Part shown: piece by piece, positions 15,836-29,720 of the stretch
How positions within the stretch are numbered: the first letter of the stretch is position 1
Layout of the letters: every line of letters starts with the position of its first letter
Assembly (NCBI RefSeq): GCF_009914755.1
Contig: NC_060929.1
Origin: the human T2T-CHM13v2.0 reference genome, Homo sapiens
DNA length: 64,000 nt
Reading direction: 5' to 3' (one strand)
Position numbers and translations under genes: made by a program
Notes under the pieces: generated by a model
The model's database searches: none
What the model saw: only the letters and a program-made list of their open reading frames with translations
Told to the model about the DNA's origin: nothing

Positions 15836-16529
15836 CATACCACATTCCCTGCTGCGATCAGCTCGCACAGACAGTCCCCCTCCGTGGTGGCTTTGGCTGT
15901 TTCCCCTTCAACTGGAATTGCCCCGTTAGACTCTTCCTGAGGTCCCCGGAGTGGCACAGGGGGTTGTGGTGGAGAGTGAAGCGAAGAAGTCACAGAGCGT
16001 GGAGCTGACCCTCATGTTAGTGTGATAGATTTCTAGTCACGTGTACCCACCATGAGTACAGTCAGATGCTTTAAAATTTTAGTTTCCTTACTGAGTGATT
16101 TGCTTACAAAGTGATTAGGAAGTAATATGTTTATTTTCATTGATACTGCTTTAAAAATTTTTTTATATTATAGTCAGTGAGCAGTATTCGTTTAATATTT
16201 TTCTTTAAATCAATTCAATTTTTCTTTAACATGAATACATATATTTAAACGGAAACTTTAATGTGTCAATGGAAAACTTGCATCATTTGACATAATCGGA
16301 GGGTAACCAAGACGAAAAGAAAAAAAGCAATGGTACTAAGTTCTTGCTGATACTGATGCGGTTTCCCACCAAGGATCCATTTTCTCTCTTAAAAGAGTTT
16401 CTTAAAGAAATATTTAAGGAAAGCTGTTAAAGATATATTAGCACTGAATTGAGATTATCCTTAAAGTAATCAGAGAGGCTAAAAGAGAAGTGAAAAGGGA
16501 ATGGTTTTCTCATGATGTCGACCAACATT

Positions 16530-17090
16530 ATTTTATTTTTATTTTTTAATTTCAATAGTTTTTGGGGAACAGGTGGTATTTGGTTACATGGATAAGCTCT
16601 TTAGTGGTGATTTCTGAGATTTCCGTGCGCCCATCACCAGAGCAGTGTACACTGTACCCAATGTCCCGTCTTTTGTCCCTCATCCCTCTCACCCTTTCCC
16701 CCGGAGTCCCTAAAGTCCATTATATCATTCTTATGCCTTTGCATCCTCATAGCTTAGCTCCCACTTAAAAGTGAGAACATACGATATTTGGTTTTCCATT
16801 CCTGAGTTACTTCACTTAGGATAATAGTTTCCAACTCCATCCGGGTTGCCGCGAATGCCATGATTTCATTCCTTTTTGTGGCTGAGTAGTATTCCACGGG
16901 GTATATATACCACGTTTTCTTTATCCACTTGTTGGTTGGTGGGCATTTAGGTTGGTTCCATATTTTTGTAATTGTGAATTGTGATGCTATAAACATGAGT
17001 GTGCGTGTGTCATTTTCATGTAATGACTTCTTTTCCTTTGGGTGGATACCCAGTAGTGGGATTGCTGGATCGAATAGCAGATCCAATTTT
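16530..17090 (-). mobile_element. L1 3' end (L1PA16/L1PB-type)
   Basis: Minus-strand ORF 16754-17101 is the L1 ORF2p C-terminus (DPAIPLLGIHPK...WNQPKCP...KYRMFSLLSGS); T-rich tail on the left. Confidence 0.9.
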
Positions 17091-17499
17091 AAGATCAACA
17101 CTATTTAAAGTTTTGTCTGTGTACCAGTAAAATCATCTCCTATATACCAGTGGACACAGTGTCTCCCCCTGTGGAGACAGTGGATGGCTTCCTGGGCTGG
17201 AGTCGAGGGACTGCTTGCTAGCTGTGTGTTCTGCACTGGTTGCTTGCCCTCCCTGAGCCTTGCTGTCCTCATCTATAAAATGAAGAGGTAGGAGGAGATA
17301 ATCGCTGTAATTCTTTGGGATCTAATGGTCTAAGACTCTCTGAAGTACTGATTCTTATTGGAAGGAGATACAGTACTTAGCAGGACATCCTCCTTTTTGT
17401 GTGCCTACAGCCTTTGAAGGGGCACGGAAAGCTGCAGATTCTCCAAAATCCCAGCTGACACCCCCATCTCTTGAGAGGCAATTCAACCTCCAGGAAGAG

Positions 17500-17720
17500 C
17501 CAGCAGCTTAGACCCTGGAGTCCAAGAGACCTGGATTTAAATCATTGCTCTGCCTTCTACTAGTTTTGTAACTTTCAGCAGATCACTGAACCTCTTTGGC
17601 TTCAGCTCCCTTGTCTATAAATTAGGAACAATAATGCTATTTATCCTTATTTTGAAGATCAAATTATTATATGCATGGTAATTGCTTACCATAGTGTCTG
17701 GACCATAACTTAGCTGTTAT
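17500..17720 (+). mobile_element. MIR SINE
   Basis: GACCTGGATTTAAATC...CTCTGCC.TCTACTAG...CACTGAACCTCTTTGGCTTCAG...TCTATAAAATT MIR core. Confidence 0.7.
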
Positions 17721-18509
17721 TATGGTAATTCCTAAGGTTCTTCAAAAATGAAACAACTTTCCTGGAAGTAAGCCACTGGGGAAGTTATTTGGTTGCCCTG
17801 CCCCCAATATTTTAAACCCATGAGATGAAATGAATATCATGAGCACCCAAGAAAGGGAAGCCTTGTTTGAGAAAGGTGAGTGTGAATGTACAAGGCTGCC
17901 TACTCCCATGTGGCCTTGGGTGTGGTGTGAGAGACCAGCGTTATTTGTGTGGGACTTTACAAAATATTAAACTTTTTTTGGTTTTAAAGTACTAGTTGAG
18001 CAACTTGTGGCTTTCCAGCCCACAGGCTTCCTGAGTCTCTGCTTGGTCCCTATGTGCAGGTGCTTACAAGTTGTGGGGACAGGGAAGTGTGGGGGAAAAG
18101 TAGAGGGGTAGGGTTTACCCCTGGTGGCCCTTGATTGGCTCCATCACCACTGCAGGCCTGTTCTAACCTGGCCAGGGCTGGATGAGGTGGCTGGGGCAGT
18201 GGAATCCTGATGTTTAGAAAAGCTGCATTGCTCATGCTGGGAAACTCCTTCCTGTGAGGTCTTTGCTGCCAGTTCTGGGACATTCCTGACCAGATAGAAT
18301 TCTCCTGATGGAGATATTTCATTGGGATGATAATATGAATGCTACCTAAAGCATGGAGAGTTTTGGTATTTGAGCTGTGGACCTAGATTTTCATCCTGAC
18401 ATGACCACTCATCAGCTCTGTGACCTTGGGAAAGATACTGAACACCTCTGGTTCTTTCTTTCCTTATATGTAAAATGAAAGAGTACCATACCAGTGGTTG
18501 TGAGTGAGC

Positions 18510-18556
18510 ATGTGTGTGTATGTGTGTGTGTGTGTGTGTATGTATGTGTGTGTGTG
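18510..18556. repeat. (TG)n microsatellite, interrupted
   Basis: Direct reading. Confidence 0.9.
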
Positions 18557-20969
18557 GTTGATAGATCACAAAGCCTTTTCAAGAGCTAATGAGAGTTATA
18601 GACCCTGTCTCCAGAAAAGCATAGGTCCCCATTACATTTTATATATAATTCCAGGGTTTTAAAAGACTTCCCATCCCCCAAACCCATCCATAGATTCCAG
18701 AGTACAAACAGTGGTTCTATGCCTCATTCAGCTTATAAGCCTCTGTGAAGCCCATGGCTTCCAATTTGGCTTCCCTACTCAACCCAAACCAAATGTAGAT
18801 TCTCTTAATTTGTAAACTTGTGTTTAGTATATTCTCCCTAAAATACCAACTCAGCCCAACAGGGCCTTGGAAAAAATGTGCTACCAAGGCCATTGTGTAT
18901 GAAAGTGCAGGTATTCCCTGCACAGGGCATCCTCCGCTGCTTAATCAGGCCTTTTCCTAATTAACACATAGGTGGGCCCGGGCCACCAGCAGCTTTTGCA
19001 ACATATACGTGGGCACCAAATATAAGGTCCAGCGGGAGATTCTCCATCTAAAGGCTTGACCTGCATCTGGTTCTCTCTGTGAAGCAGTGGTTAGGAAGAG
19101 GGGTCATTAGGCTAGAAAACACACTCAAAGAAGGCTCAGGCAAGGCTGAGCTCCTTGAACTAGTTGGGACTTTTTTATGGAAAGAAACTGGAGTTTCTTA
19201 ATTGCCACTGGAGTTCTTAGTTGCAGACAACAGAAACCAGTCCTGGCTGATTTAAGCAGAAAAGGAATCAATTGAGAGCATGTCAAGTGGTTCAGAGAAA
19301 TGCCAGGAAAATGATAGAAGAGGCACCAGATAAAGGGAGGTAACAAGGAAGGTCAGGCATCGGCCAGGGTAGCAGTCTGGGTGATGACACAGCGCCAACC
19401 TGGCATGGATGCCACTGACACTGAAAACCCTAGCTTACACAGCCAGCACAGGTGACACAGGATGCTGCTGCTATTGCTGCCACTATTACGATGGGTTCAT
19501 GGCATATGCATATCTAATTGGTTGAACCTGGGTCATGTCCTCAACCATCCCTGACACTTTCAAATTCTATGGTGGGAGGTGCTCTCTGCTTCCCACCAAG
19601 ACTCTTAAGTGGGGGAATTCCTCCAACAACTGAAGGCAGCCCTCCAAAGTCAACTAATAGTCAGCAGGAACAGAAACCAGCTTGAGCTAGCTTTAGTATA
19701 AAAGACTCTTTCAGGCTATTGGGTGTTTCATGAAACAAAGAACAGGAGGGAAGCCAGGCCTTTGGGAGGGCGTGGAGCCAAGTACTTGAAAGTCAAAGAA
19801 CTCTTTTCCCAACTCTCACCTCTGCTTCTCTGTGCTCCTTCTTCACTTCTTTCTCTCTGCATTATGACACTTCATTCCCTCAGTCCAGGAGATGGGATCA
19901 GGTGGTCTTTGGAAAGGCTTCCTCCCATGGCTCAAAGGACACCTCCTAGAAAAGCAAGGCAGGCATTCACTACGGGGTGGCTTCCTGCCCCCTTCACACC
20001 TTCATTCTGGTCACTCAGCTTGGGTGTCTGCTGTTTGATACTGTTTTCTTCTCCACTCTCTGCTGAGGTCCCTTTAGATAGCCTGAATATCCCTCTTCGT
20101 ATCTCTCTGAGGCTGCAGGTGGAGGCTCATATATTCCTAGAATGTTAGGCCTTCGTTTTACAGATGCACAGTCTGAGGCCTAAGAAATTAAGTGACTTAC
20201 TCGAGATTCTGACTGTCCCATGAATGGGTTGGAACATGGTGCTTAGCATGTAGAAAGCTCTCAGTAGACTTTAGTTATGTCATTCAGATTTCTTTTAATT
20301 CAAAGCACATTCCTTTCCTTTTCTCTCTTTTGTTCTCATGGCTCTCTTTCTCCACTATTTATTTGTCCTTTCCAAAAATATATACTGAAGGCCTTCTGTG
20401 TGCCTGGTAATATTGTCGATGCTGGAGACTCATCTGTGAACAGACAGACAAGATTCCTGCCCTCCTAGGGCTTTTATTTCAATGGAAATAAAATACACAA
20501 ACAAGATTATTTCTGATGGTTATAGTGCTCTGAAGGAAATAAGAAGAGAAGTGAAAAGGTTTGGCTCTGAGGGTGGGCTACTTTTGACAGCGGGTTCAGG
20601 GAAGATGCCTCTGAGTTGGCGATTGGGAACTGAAGTCTGAAAGATGGGAGCTGAGGAAAGAGGGAACAGAAAATGCAACAGCCTTGAAGTGAGAACACCT
20701 GGAGCTTATTAGCAACAGAAAACCTGGAACACGATGGGGCAGAGAGTGATGGGAGAGGAAGGCAGAGGTCAGCTTAGGAGTAGCTTTGTAATGGTGTGAT
20801 TAAGTGTAAAGAGAAAAGAGTGATTTAAGTAGGAAAGTGTCATGATCAGATTTACATTAAAAAATGATTTTTATCAGACAATTCCAAATTGAGAGGCATC
20901 CTATAATCAAACCAAACAACAGTGACAATAACCCAACTGGCTGGCACTCTTCAAAAATATCAAGATCAT

Positions 20970-22220
20970 TCAGGTCCTTTGCTCATTTTTAAATAGAATT
21001 TTTTTTTCTGTTGAGTTGTTTGAGTTCTTTGTGTATTCTGGATATTAGTCCCTTGTCAGATGTATAGTTTGCAAATATTTTCTCCCATTCAACAGGTTGT
21101 CTCTTCACTCTGTTGATTGTTTCCTTTGCTGTGCAGATATAGTTTTAGTTTGATGTAGTCCCATTTGTTTGCTTTCATTCTTATTGTCTGTTCTTTTGAA
21201 GTCTTACCTGGAAAATCTTTGCCTAGACCAATGTCCTGAAGTGATCCCCTTACGTTTGAATAGACATATCTCAAAAGAAGACATTCAAATGGCCAGCAGG
21301 CATATGAAAAAATGCTCAACATTGCTAATCATTTGGAAAATGAAAATCAAAACCACAATGAGATATTACTTCACACCTATTAGGATGGCTATTATCAAAA
21401 AGACAAAAAATTAACAAATACTGGTCAGGATGCAGAGAAAAGTGAACTCAACTTTTGATGTCAATGTAAATTACTATAACCATTATGGGAAAGAGTAGGG
21501 AGGTTTCTCAAAAAACTAAAAGTAGAAGTACCATATGATCCTGCAATCCCACTACTAGGTATTTATCCAAAGGAAAGGAAATTAATTTATCAAAGACATA
21601 GATACCTACATCCCCATGTTTATTGCAGGTCTATTCATAATAGTGAAGGAATCAACCTGAATGCCCATTAACAGATGAATGCATAGAGAAAATATGGTAT
21701 ATGTACACAATAGAATACTATTCAGCCATAAAAAAGAATGAAATCCTGTAGTTTGCAGCAACATGGGTGAACCTGTAGGACATTGTTTTAAGTGAACTAG
21801 GTTAGACACAGAAAGATAAATACCACATATTCTCATTCGTGTGGGAGCTAAAAAAATGAGCTCATAGAGGCAGAGAGTAGAATTGTGGTTATTAAAAGCT
21901 GGTAAGGGTGTGGGAGGGGAGGATAGGGAGAGGTTGGTTAATGAATACAAAGTTACACCTAAAAAAGAGAAATAAATTCTAGTGTCCTGTAGCACAGTAA
22001 AGTGAATATGGTTAGCAATAATTTAGTGTATATTTTCAAAAAACCAGAAAAGGGGGTTTTGAGTGTTCACAAAATAAAGAAATGATTACTATTTGAGGTG
22101 ATGGATATGTTAATCACCCTAATTTGATCATTACACCTTGTATACATGCTTCAAAATATCACTTCTTATCGCATAAATATGTATAGTTATTATGTATCAA
22201 CTGAAAGTAAAAGGAAAAAG
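20970..22220 (+). mobile_element. 5'-inverted L1MA-type element (20970-21250 antisense; ~21257-22220 sense)
   Basis: ORF2-derived sequence on both strands, contiguous in L1 coordinates, followed by an L1MA 3'UTR. Confidence 0.85.
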
Positions 22221-22718
22221 AAGTCAAGGTCATGAAAGACAAGGAAGAGCTGAGGAATAGTTCTACATTAAAGAGACATGGCAATTAAATGCAGTGTGCA
22301 ATTGTGGGATGAATCTGGGACTGAGAAATAAGTTGGTAAAGAACATTATTGGGGGAAATGATGAAAATTAAGAATAGACTGGCTTTTGAAAAGAGGATTG
22401 TATCCTTGTTAAATTTCCTGAATTTGATAACTTGAAGGTTATGCAAGAGAATGTCTTTTTTCTTAGGAAATACATGTGAAAATGTATAGGGGTAAAAGGG
22501 CATGATGTCTGCAACATACTTTCAAATTATGAAAAAAATGTATGCATAGGGCAAGCAATAGCAAATGTGGAACAACAATAAAATTTGGTGAATCTCCATG
22601 AAAACCATAGTTGAGTTCTTTATACTATTCTTGCAACTTTTCCCTGGCTTTGATTCTTGATGTGGCTGGGTTTAAGTCTATTTAATCTTGCTATTTGTTT
22701 TCTACTTGCCCATCTGTT

Positions 22719-23020
22719 CTTTTTTTTTTTTTTTTTTTAAGACAGAGTCTCACTCTGTCACCCACACAGGAGTACAGTGGCACAATCTTGGCTTACTGCA
22801 ACCTCCACCTCCCGAGTTCAAGGGATTCTCCTGCCTCAGCCTCCTGAATAGCTGGGAGTACAGACATCTACCACAAAGCCAGGCTAAATTTTGTATTTTT
22901 AGTAGAGATGGGTTTTCACCATGTTGGCCAGGCTGGTCTCGAATCCCTGACCTCAGGTGATCTGCCTGCCGTGGCCTCCCAAAGTGCTGAGATTACAGGC
23001 ATGAGCCATGACACCTGGCC
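22719..23020 (-). mobile_element. Alu (AluS)
   Basis: Antisense dimeric Alu; TSD CCATCTGTTCTT. Confidence 0.95.
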
Positions 23021-23361
23021 TGTCCATCTGTTCTTTGCTCTCTTTTTCCTCTTTTGCTATCTTCTTTTGGGTTAAATATTTTGAAAATGATCTCTTTGTT
23101 GACTGATCAGTTAGAACTTTTTTTAGTGGTTGCTTTTGAGTTTATGGTATATGTCTTTAACTTATCATAGTATACTTTTAAGTGTTATTATGTCACTTTA
23201 TTTATAGTATAGGAATCTTGCAACAATATGCTTCCATTTCTCCCTTCCTAGTCTTTGAGCTATTATTGTCATACATTTTTACTTTTTAATATATTATAAA
23301 TCCTATATTATATTGTCATTATTTTTGTTTCAATGGTTAATCATCTTTTAAAGAGATTTGA

Positions 23362-23779
<418 letters not shown>

Positions 23780-23853
23780 TCAACATTTATTGTAATGATG
23801 GTGGAAAAGTCTTTAATGTGGAATTCTAGGTTCAGAGTGTTTTTGCCTTTTAG

Positions 23854-24384
<531 letters not shown>

Positions 24385-24859
24385 TAATGTAGTTTTCTTT
24401 ATTTTTTTTTCTGTGTTTGGAGTTTGCTGAGCTTGTTGGATCTCTGGGTTTATAGTTTTCATCAGATTTTGAAACGTTTTCATTCAATATTTCTTCAAGT
24501 AGTTTTTTTCTGACTACCTCTCTTCTTTTGGGGACTTCATTTTTATGTATAAAAGGCCTCTTGAAATTGTCCCATAGCTCACTGATGCTCTGTGTATTTT
24601 TTCCAGCCTTTTACTTTCTGTATTTCCATTTTGTTTTGTTTCTATTGTGATGTCTTCAATTTCACTAATGTTTTCTTCCACAGTTTCTAATGTGTTCTTT
24701 TTTGTTTTTTAAGCACCTTGTCATGTGAACAGATAATCTACTCTTAATCCCATCCAGTGTACTTTTTGTTGTAGATATTGTAATTTTCAATTCTAGAATT
24801 TCGATTTGGGTCTGTATGTTCTTTGAATATGCAGAATATAATTATAAGGACTGTTTTAA

Positions 24860-25172
<313 letters not shown>

Positions 25173-25671
25173 TGTTTTAATGTCTTTGTCTGCTAATTCT
25201 GACATCTGTGTTAGTTATGGGCCAGTTTCAATTAATCTTTTTCCTCATTATGAATCTTGATTTTCTGCTTCTATGTTTGCATGTGTATATTTTTTAGTAG
25301 ATGCCAGACATTGTAAATTTTTGCTTTTTGGGTGCTGGGTAGTTTTGTTTTCTTAAAATATTTTTGGTATTTGTTATACTTCAATATTCTTGAGCTTCCC
25401 TCTCTAGGATGCAGTTAAGTTACTTGGAAATAGTTTAATCTTTTCAGATTAGTTTAATCTTTTTAAGATTTGTTTAGCAGGATCAGAGCAGCACCTAGTC
25501 TAGGGCTAATTATTTCCCTCTACCAGGGCAAGACCCTTCTTACTACTTTAGCCAATGCCCCATGGACGATGAGGTTTTCCAGTCTGGTTGGAGGGAACAG
25601 GCTCTATTTCTGGCCCAGAGTGAATGACAGGTACTTTTCCTTGTAATCCTTTCAGGTTGTTCTTTCCCAGC

Positions 25672-26086
25672 TGGTATGGTTTGGATGTTTTATCCCCTCC
25701 AGATCTCATGTTGAAATGTGATCCTAAATGCTGGAGGTGGGGCTGAGTGGAAGGTGTTGGTTTGTTGGTTCATAGGGGTGGATACCTCATGAATAGCTTA
25801 GTGCCATCACCTTGGTGATGAATGAGTTCTTGCTCTTAGTTCACATGAAAGCTGGTCATTTAAAAGAGTCTGGCATCTTTCTTGCTATCTTTCTCACCAT
25901 GTGGTATGCCAGGTCCCCCTTTACCATCCACCATGATTGTAAGCTTCCTGAAGCCTAACCAGAAACTAAGCAGATGTTGGTGACGTGCTTGTACAGCATG
26001 CAGAACTATGAGCAAAAATAACCCTCTTTTCTTTATAAATTACCCAGTTTCAGGTATTCCTTTATAGCAATACAAACAGACTAACA
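25672..26086 (+). mobile_element. MST (MSTB-like) MaLR solo LTR
   Basis: TGGTATGGTTTGGATGTT start and AAACAGACTAACA end; 5-bp TSD CCAGC/CCAGT. Confidence 0.85.
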
Positions 26087-26689
26087 CCAGTGTTGGGTAG
26101 TTTTTTTTTTTTTTTTTACATACATGCAATGAATGCATTCATTACTCTCCTGAATACTCAAGGGAGACTTTCACAGGGCTCTGGGGTTCTTTTTCTGTAT
26201 CTTCTTCTCTTTGGTAGTCTCTCTTATGAATTCTAGCCCCTGTGGATTTCAACGACTCTTCACTCTGCATTCTCAACTCAAAGAGTTTGCTGGATTCTGC
26301 GTGGGTTGCCCCTCCCTGTGCCCAGGCCTGGAAGGTCTCATAATGCAGTAAAGTGGGGGCAATCGAGGGCTTGCCTGCTTTGTTTCTATTTCTCGGGTAT
26401 CACTGTTTAGTGTCATGAAAACCTTTGTTTCATATATTTTGTTTGGTTTTTCAGTTGATTCAGGTGAGAGGGTAAATCTACTATTACTCCATCTTGGCCA
26501 GAAGTACATATTCTTCTATAGGCTTGACATTATTGAAAGTAAAAAGTTTAAAATTAATTCTGGTTGCTGTGTATAAGGAAAGAACAGAAACAGGAGACCA
26601 ATGGTCCATGGAGAGAGGATGGACGCTAGGAATTGGCTAGTGACAGTGGAGTTAGAGAAAAGTAGATGCATTGGGGATGTATTTTGGAA

Positions 26690-27060
26690 ATCGTATCAGT
26701 TGGCTTGGCCTGTATAACAAAATGCCACAGACTGGGTGGCTTAAGTAACAAAAAATTTATTTCTCACAGTTCTGGAACCTAAGAAGTCCAAGAGGAAAGT
26801 GCCAGATGATTCAGTTCCTGGTGAGGATCCTGTTTCTGGTTTGCAGACGACTGCGTTCTTGCTGTATCCTCACATGGAAAAGAGAGTTTTCTCATGTCTC
26901 TTCTTAAAATGGCACCAATCCCACCATGACCGCCCTACACTCTTGACCTCATGCAAACCTAATCATCTCCCAAAGGTCCTGCCTCCAAATACCATCACAC
27001 TGGGGCTAGGGCTTCAACCTAGAATTTTTGGGGGTGTGGATAAAATTCATTCTATTAAAG
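26690..27060 (-). mobile_element. MLT1A-type MaLR LTR
   Basis: TATAACAAAATGCCACAGACTGGGTGGCTTAA...ATTTATTTCTCACAGTTCTGGA MLT1A motifs. Confidence 0.75.
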
Positions 27061-28097
27061 AAATACATTTATAAGACTGGCTGTTGGAAGAATTGGGCAG
27101 GAGTGGGAGTAAGTCTTGGTTTGAGAGAAATGAGAAATCAACACTTTCATACCTCACCTTCCTGTTTACCTCTTAGGTCTTGACTTAAAAATACCCAGCA
27201 ATACGGTATTTCAAGAATGTGCTTCTTAAAGCTAAATCACATCATTCAGATAATATCTCCTTATTGGAAAGCCGGATGTTCATAAAGCCTTGATAAATAG
27301 TTCAGCCGCTTTATGCCTCACGCACTCAAATCATTACACAGTGTATGACTATATAATAAAACCATTGGTCCTTGGGGAAAACATTTACTTTCAAGTCGCC
27401 TAGAGACTTTCCAAGTTTCTGCTTTTCAAAGACTGTGTCTGAATTATGAAAAACTTTCCCCATTACCTCCAATTTTCAGGGGTCAATATTCTTATTATGG
27501 AAGAAAACACCTGGTGTTTGCTGAAAAAGACTTTGCTATGGAAATCTTTATTAAATTATTAAATTAGATGAATCGGTGGCAGAGTGTTTCTTCTTATCAC
27601 TCTTTTGGTGAATCTAGTCCAGCCAGAAGAGGCATATCCAAGAGGACCAAGGGACCCTGGTTCTGAGCCAATGATGTTGGACCTGCCACTTGACCCCCAC
27701 GGCAGCCAACAAATGGATTTGTAGCAGCCTGAGAAGGGGCCTGGCATCTAAGATAGGCTGGGCTATTGGAGCCTCTCTTTACTGATAATTTTTATTTAAG
27801 AGATACCTCAGAGGGCTGAAGTTGTGAGAAATCTGGAGTGGTCTTGACACAATAGGTGAAAGTTGTGCTTTTTAGTGCACATAGAAGTCACTCGAGATGC
27901 GTATTTAACAAGCCAGTTCCTAGAACTCAGCCCCAGAGATGCAGATTCCATTGTTCTGGCATGGGGCTCAGGCACTGGTACAGTGTTTTCAACCAGTCCC
28001 TGAGTCATTCTTATGCATCTGGTCCAAGACTACATTTTTGGCCTTTAAAAAAAATTAATGTTGTTTCCTATAATCTCATTTGTTAACTTATTTTCAA

Positions 28098-28375
28098 GGC
28101 TGAGCACACTGGCTCATGCCTGTAATCTTAGCACTTTGGGAGTCTGAGGCAGGAGGATCACTTGAGGCCAGGAGTTCAAGACCAGCCTGGGCAACAGAGC
28201 AAGATCCCATCTCTACAAAAAAATAGAAAAGATTAGCGTGGTGCTGCATGCCTGTAGTCCCAGCTACTTGGGAATGTGAGGTGGGAGGATTGCTTGCCCA
28301 GGAATTTGAAGCTGCAGTGAGCTAGGATCAGGCTACTGCACCCAAGCCTGGGCAACATAGTGAGACACTCTCTTG
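28098..28375 (+). mobile_element. Alu (AluJ)
   Basis: Dimeric Alu with AluJ-type GCCCAGGAATTTGAAGCTGCAGTGAGC. Confidence 0.92.
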
Positions 28376-28386
28376 TATATATATGT

Positions 28387-28409
28387 GGGGGCGGGCGAAG
28401 GGGTGGGGG

Positions 28410-28442
<33 letters not shown>

Positions 28443-28519
28443 GAATAAGAACTTCTGAATACTTTTAAACCAGATTCACCAACTGTAAACATTTTGCCAC
28501 ATTTGCTTCTCTCTGTCTC

Positions 28520-28551
<32 letters not shown>
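28387..28551. repeat. G-run cluster, (GA)n (28410-28437) and (CA)n (28523-28551) microsatellites
   Basis: Direct reading. Confidence 0.85.
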
Positions 28552-28553
<2 letters not shown>

Positions 28554-29349
28554 ATATACATTTTTGTAAACTATCTGAAAGTAGTTTGCACATATCAAGC
28601 CCTTTTATTCCTAAATCCTCTAGTATATATTTCCTGAGGATAAGGCTAAGGCTATTCTCTTACACAATCAAAATATGGTGATCAAATTCAGGAAATTTAA
28701 CAATACTATTGTCTAATCTTCAGTCTGATATCACCAGTTACCCTGATAATGTCCTTTGGATAGCCCAGGGCCCTATCTAGAGAGGAGGGAGACTGAAACT
28801 CCCTGAAAACAGCTGAATCACAGAGACTCAAGGCAGACACTCAAGGGCAAGGACCTCCTGCTACTTTTCCTTGGGGCCTCCTTGGATTGAGGGCCAGCAT
28901 CTCCAAGACTGACCTCTGGGATGTTTCTGTTCCTACTGATGCCCCACTGAGGGTCTTGGGTTCCCCTATATATACGCCTTATTACTTCCATAGCACATTC
29001 TCCCCCATCTCCATTGCTTAAGGCAAGCCCACAAGTCTTTATTATTTGCAACTGAGAGTAGGAAAGGAAAGAGAAAATAAATGGAGAGGAAGAGAGTGGG
29101 ATAAGTAAGTAGTGAAACAGCAAACCAAGCTATTTTGCCCTTATAAACCTAGAAATTGCTAGATGACCTTGGACAAGTTACATAACATTTACAAGCATCA
29201 GAACCAACATCAAAATTAAACTGGCTCTTACTGTGTCCTAAGGGTGAGACAAGGGTTTTAAGAACTGAAACTTGGGAGCTATTATGATTGGCAAATGGAA
29301 GGATGGGAAAAGTCTACAGATAAGGTTCTGTACTTAAGAATGACCCACT

Positions 29350-29720
29350 TTGTCATACACGTATATCTACTTTCATATGGATATTTGCACAAGGGTTTCT
29401 TTTTTTTTCTTTTTTTAAGAGGGGGTGAAAGAAGGAACTCAGTGCACATGACATTGGTGGGGCTGAAATAAAAAACCCCGATTTAGAAATCTGATACAAA
29501 AGCAAAGTCATCGTTTTCAAATCAAAACTTGGCTCTGCTTCATTGGCTTGCCTCGTGCTTCTGCACAGGCTTTCGGGGGAGGCTTCCAGGCACATGTGCC
29601 TAGAGGCCATCCTTCTAAGTGTGCACACTGGAGCTGTAAGGGCAAGGGTGGCTGCTACCTCACATTGGCACTGAGAAATATCCGGAGAGTGACTCCTTGG
29701 CATGAAATTCAAACACCTTA
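29350..29720. promoter_or_regulatory. Probable distal miR-146a enhancer containing the rs2431697 position (~29478)
   Basis: Unique sequence GGGGCTGAAATAAAAAACCCCGATTTAGAAATC ~15 kb upstream of the miR-146a promoter, matching my recollection of the SNP flank and its distance from the promoter. Confidence 0.55.

Noticed and set aside
16754-17101. 115-aa ORF resembling a real protein
   Set aside because: It is the C-terminal remnant of L1 ORF2p in a truncated element.
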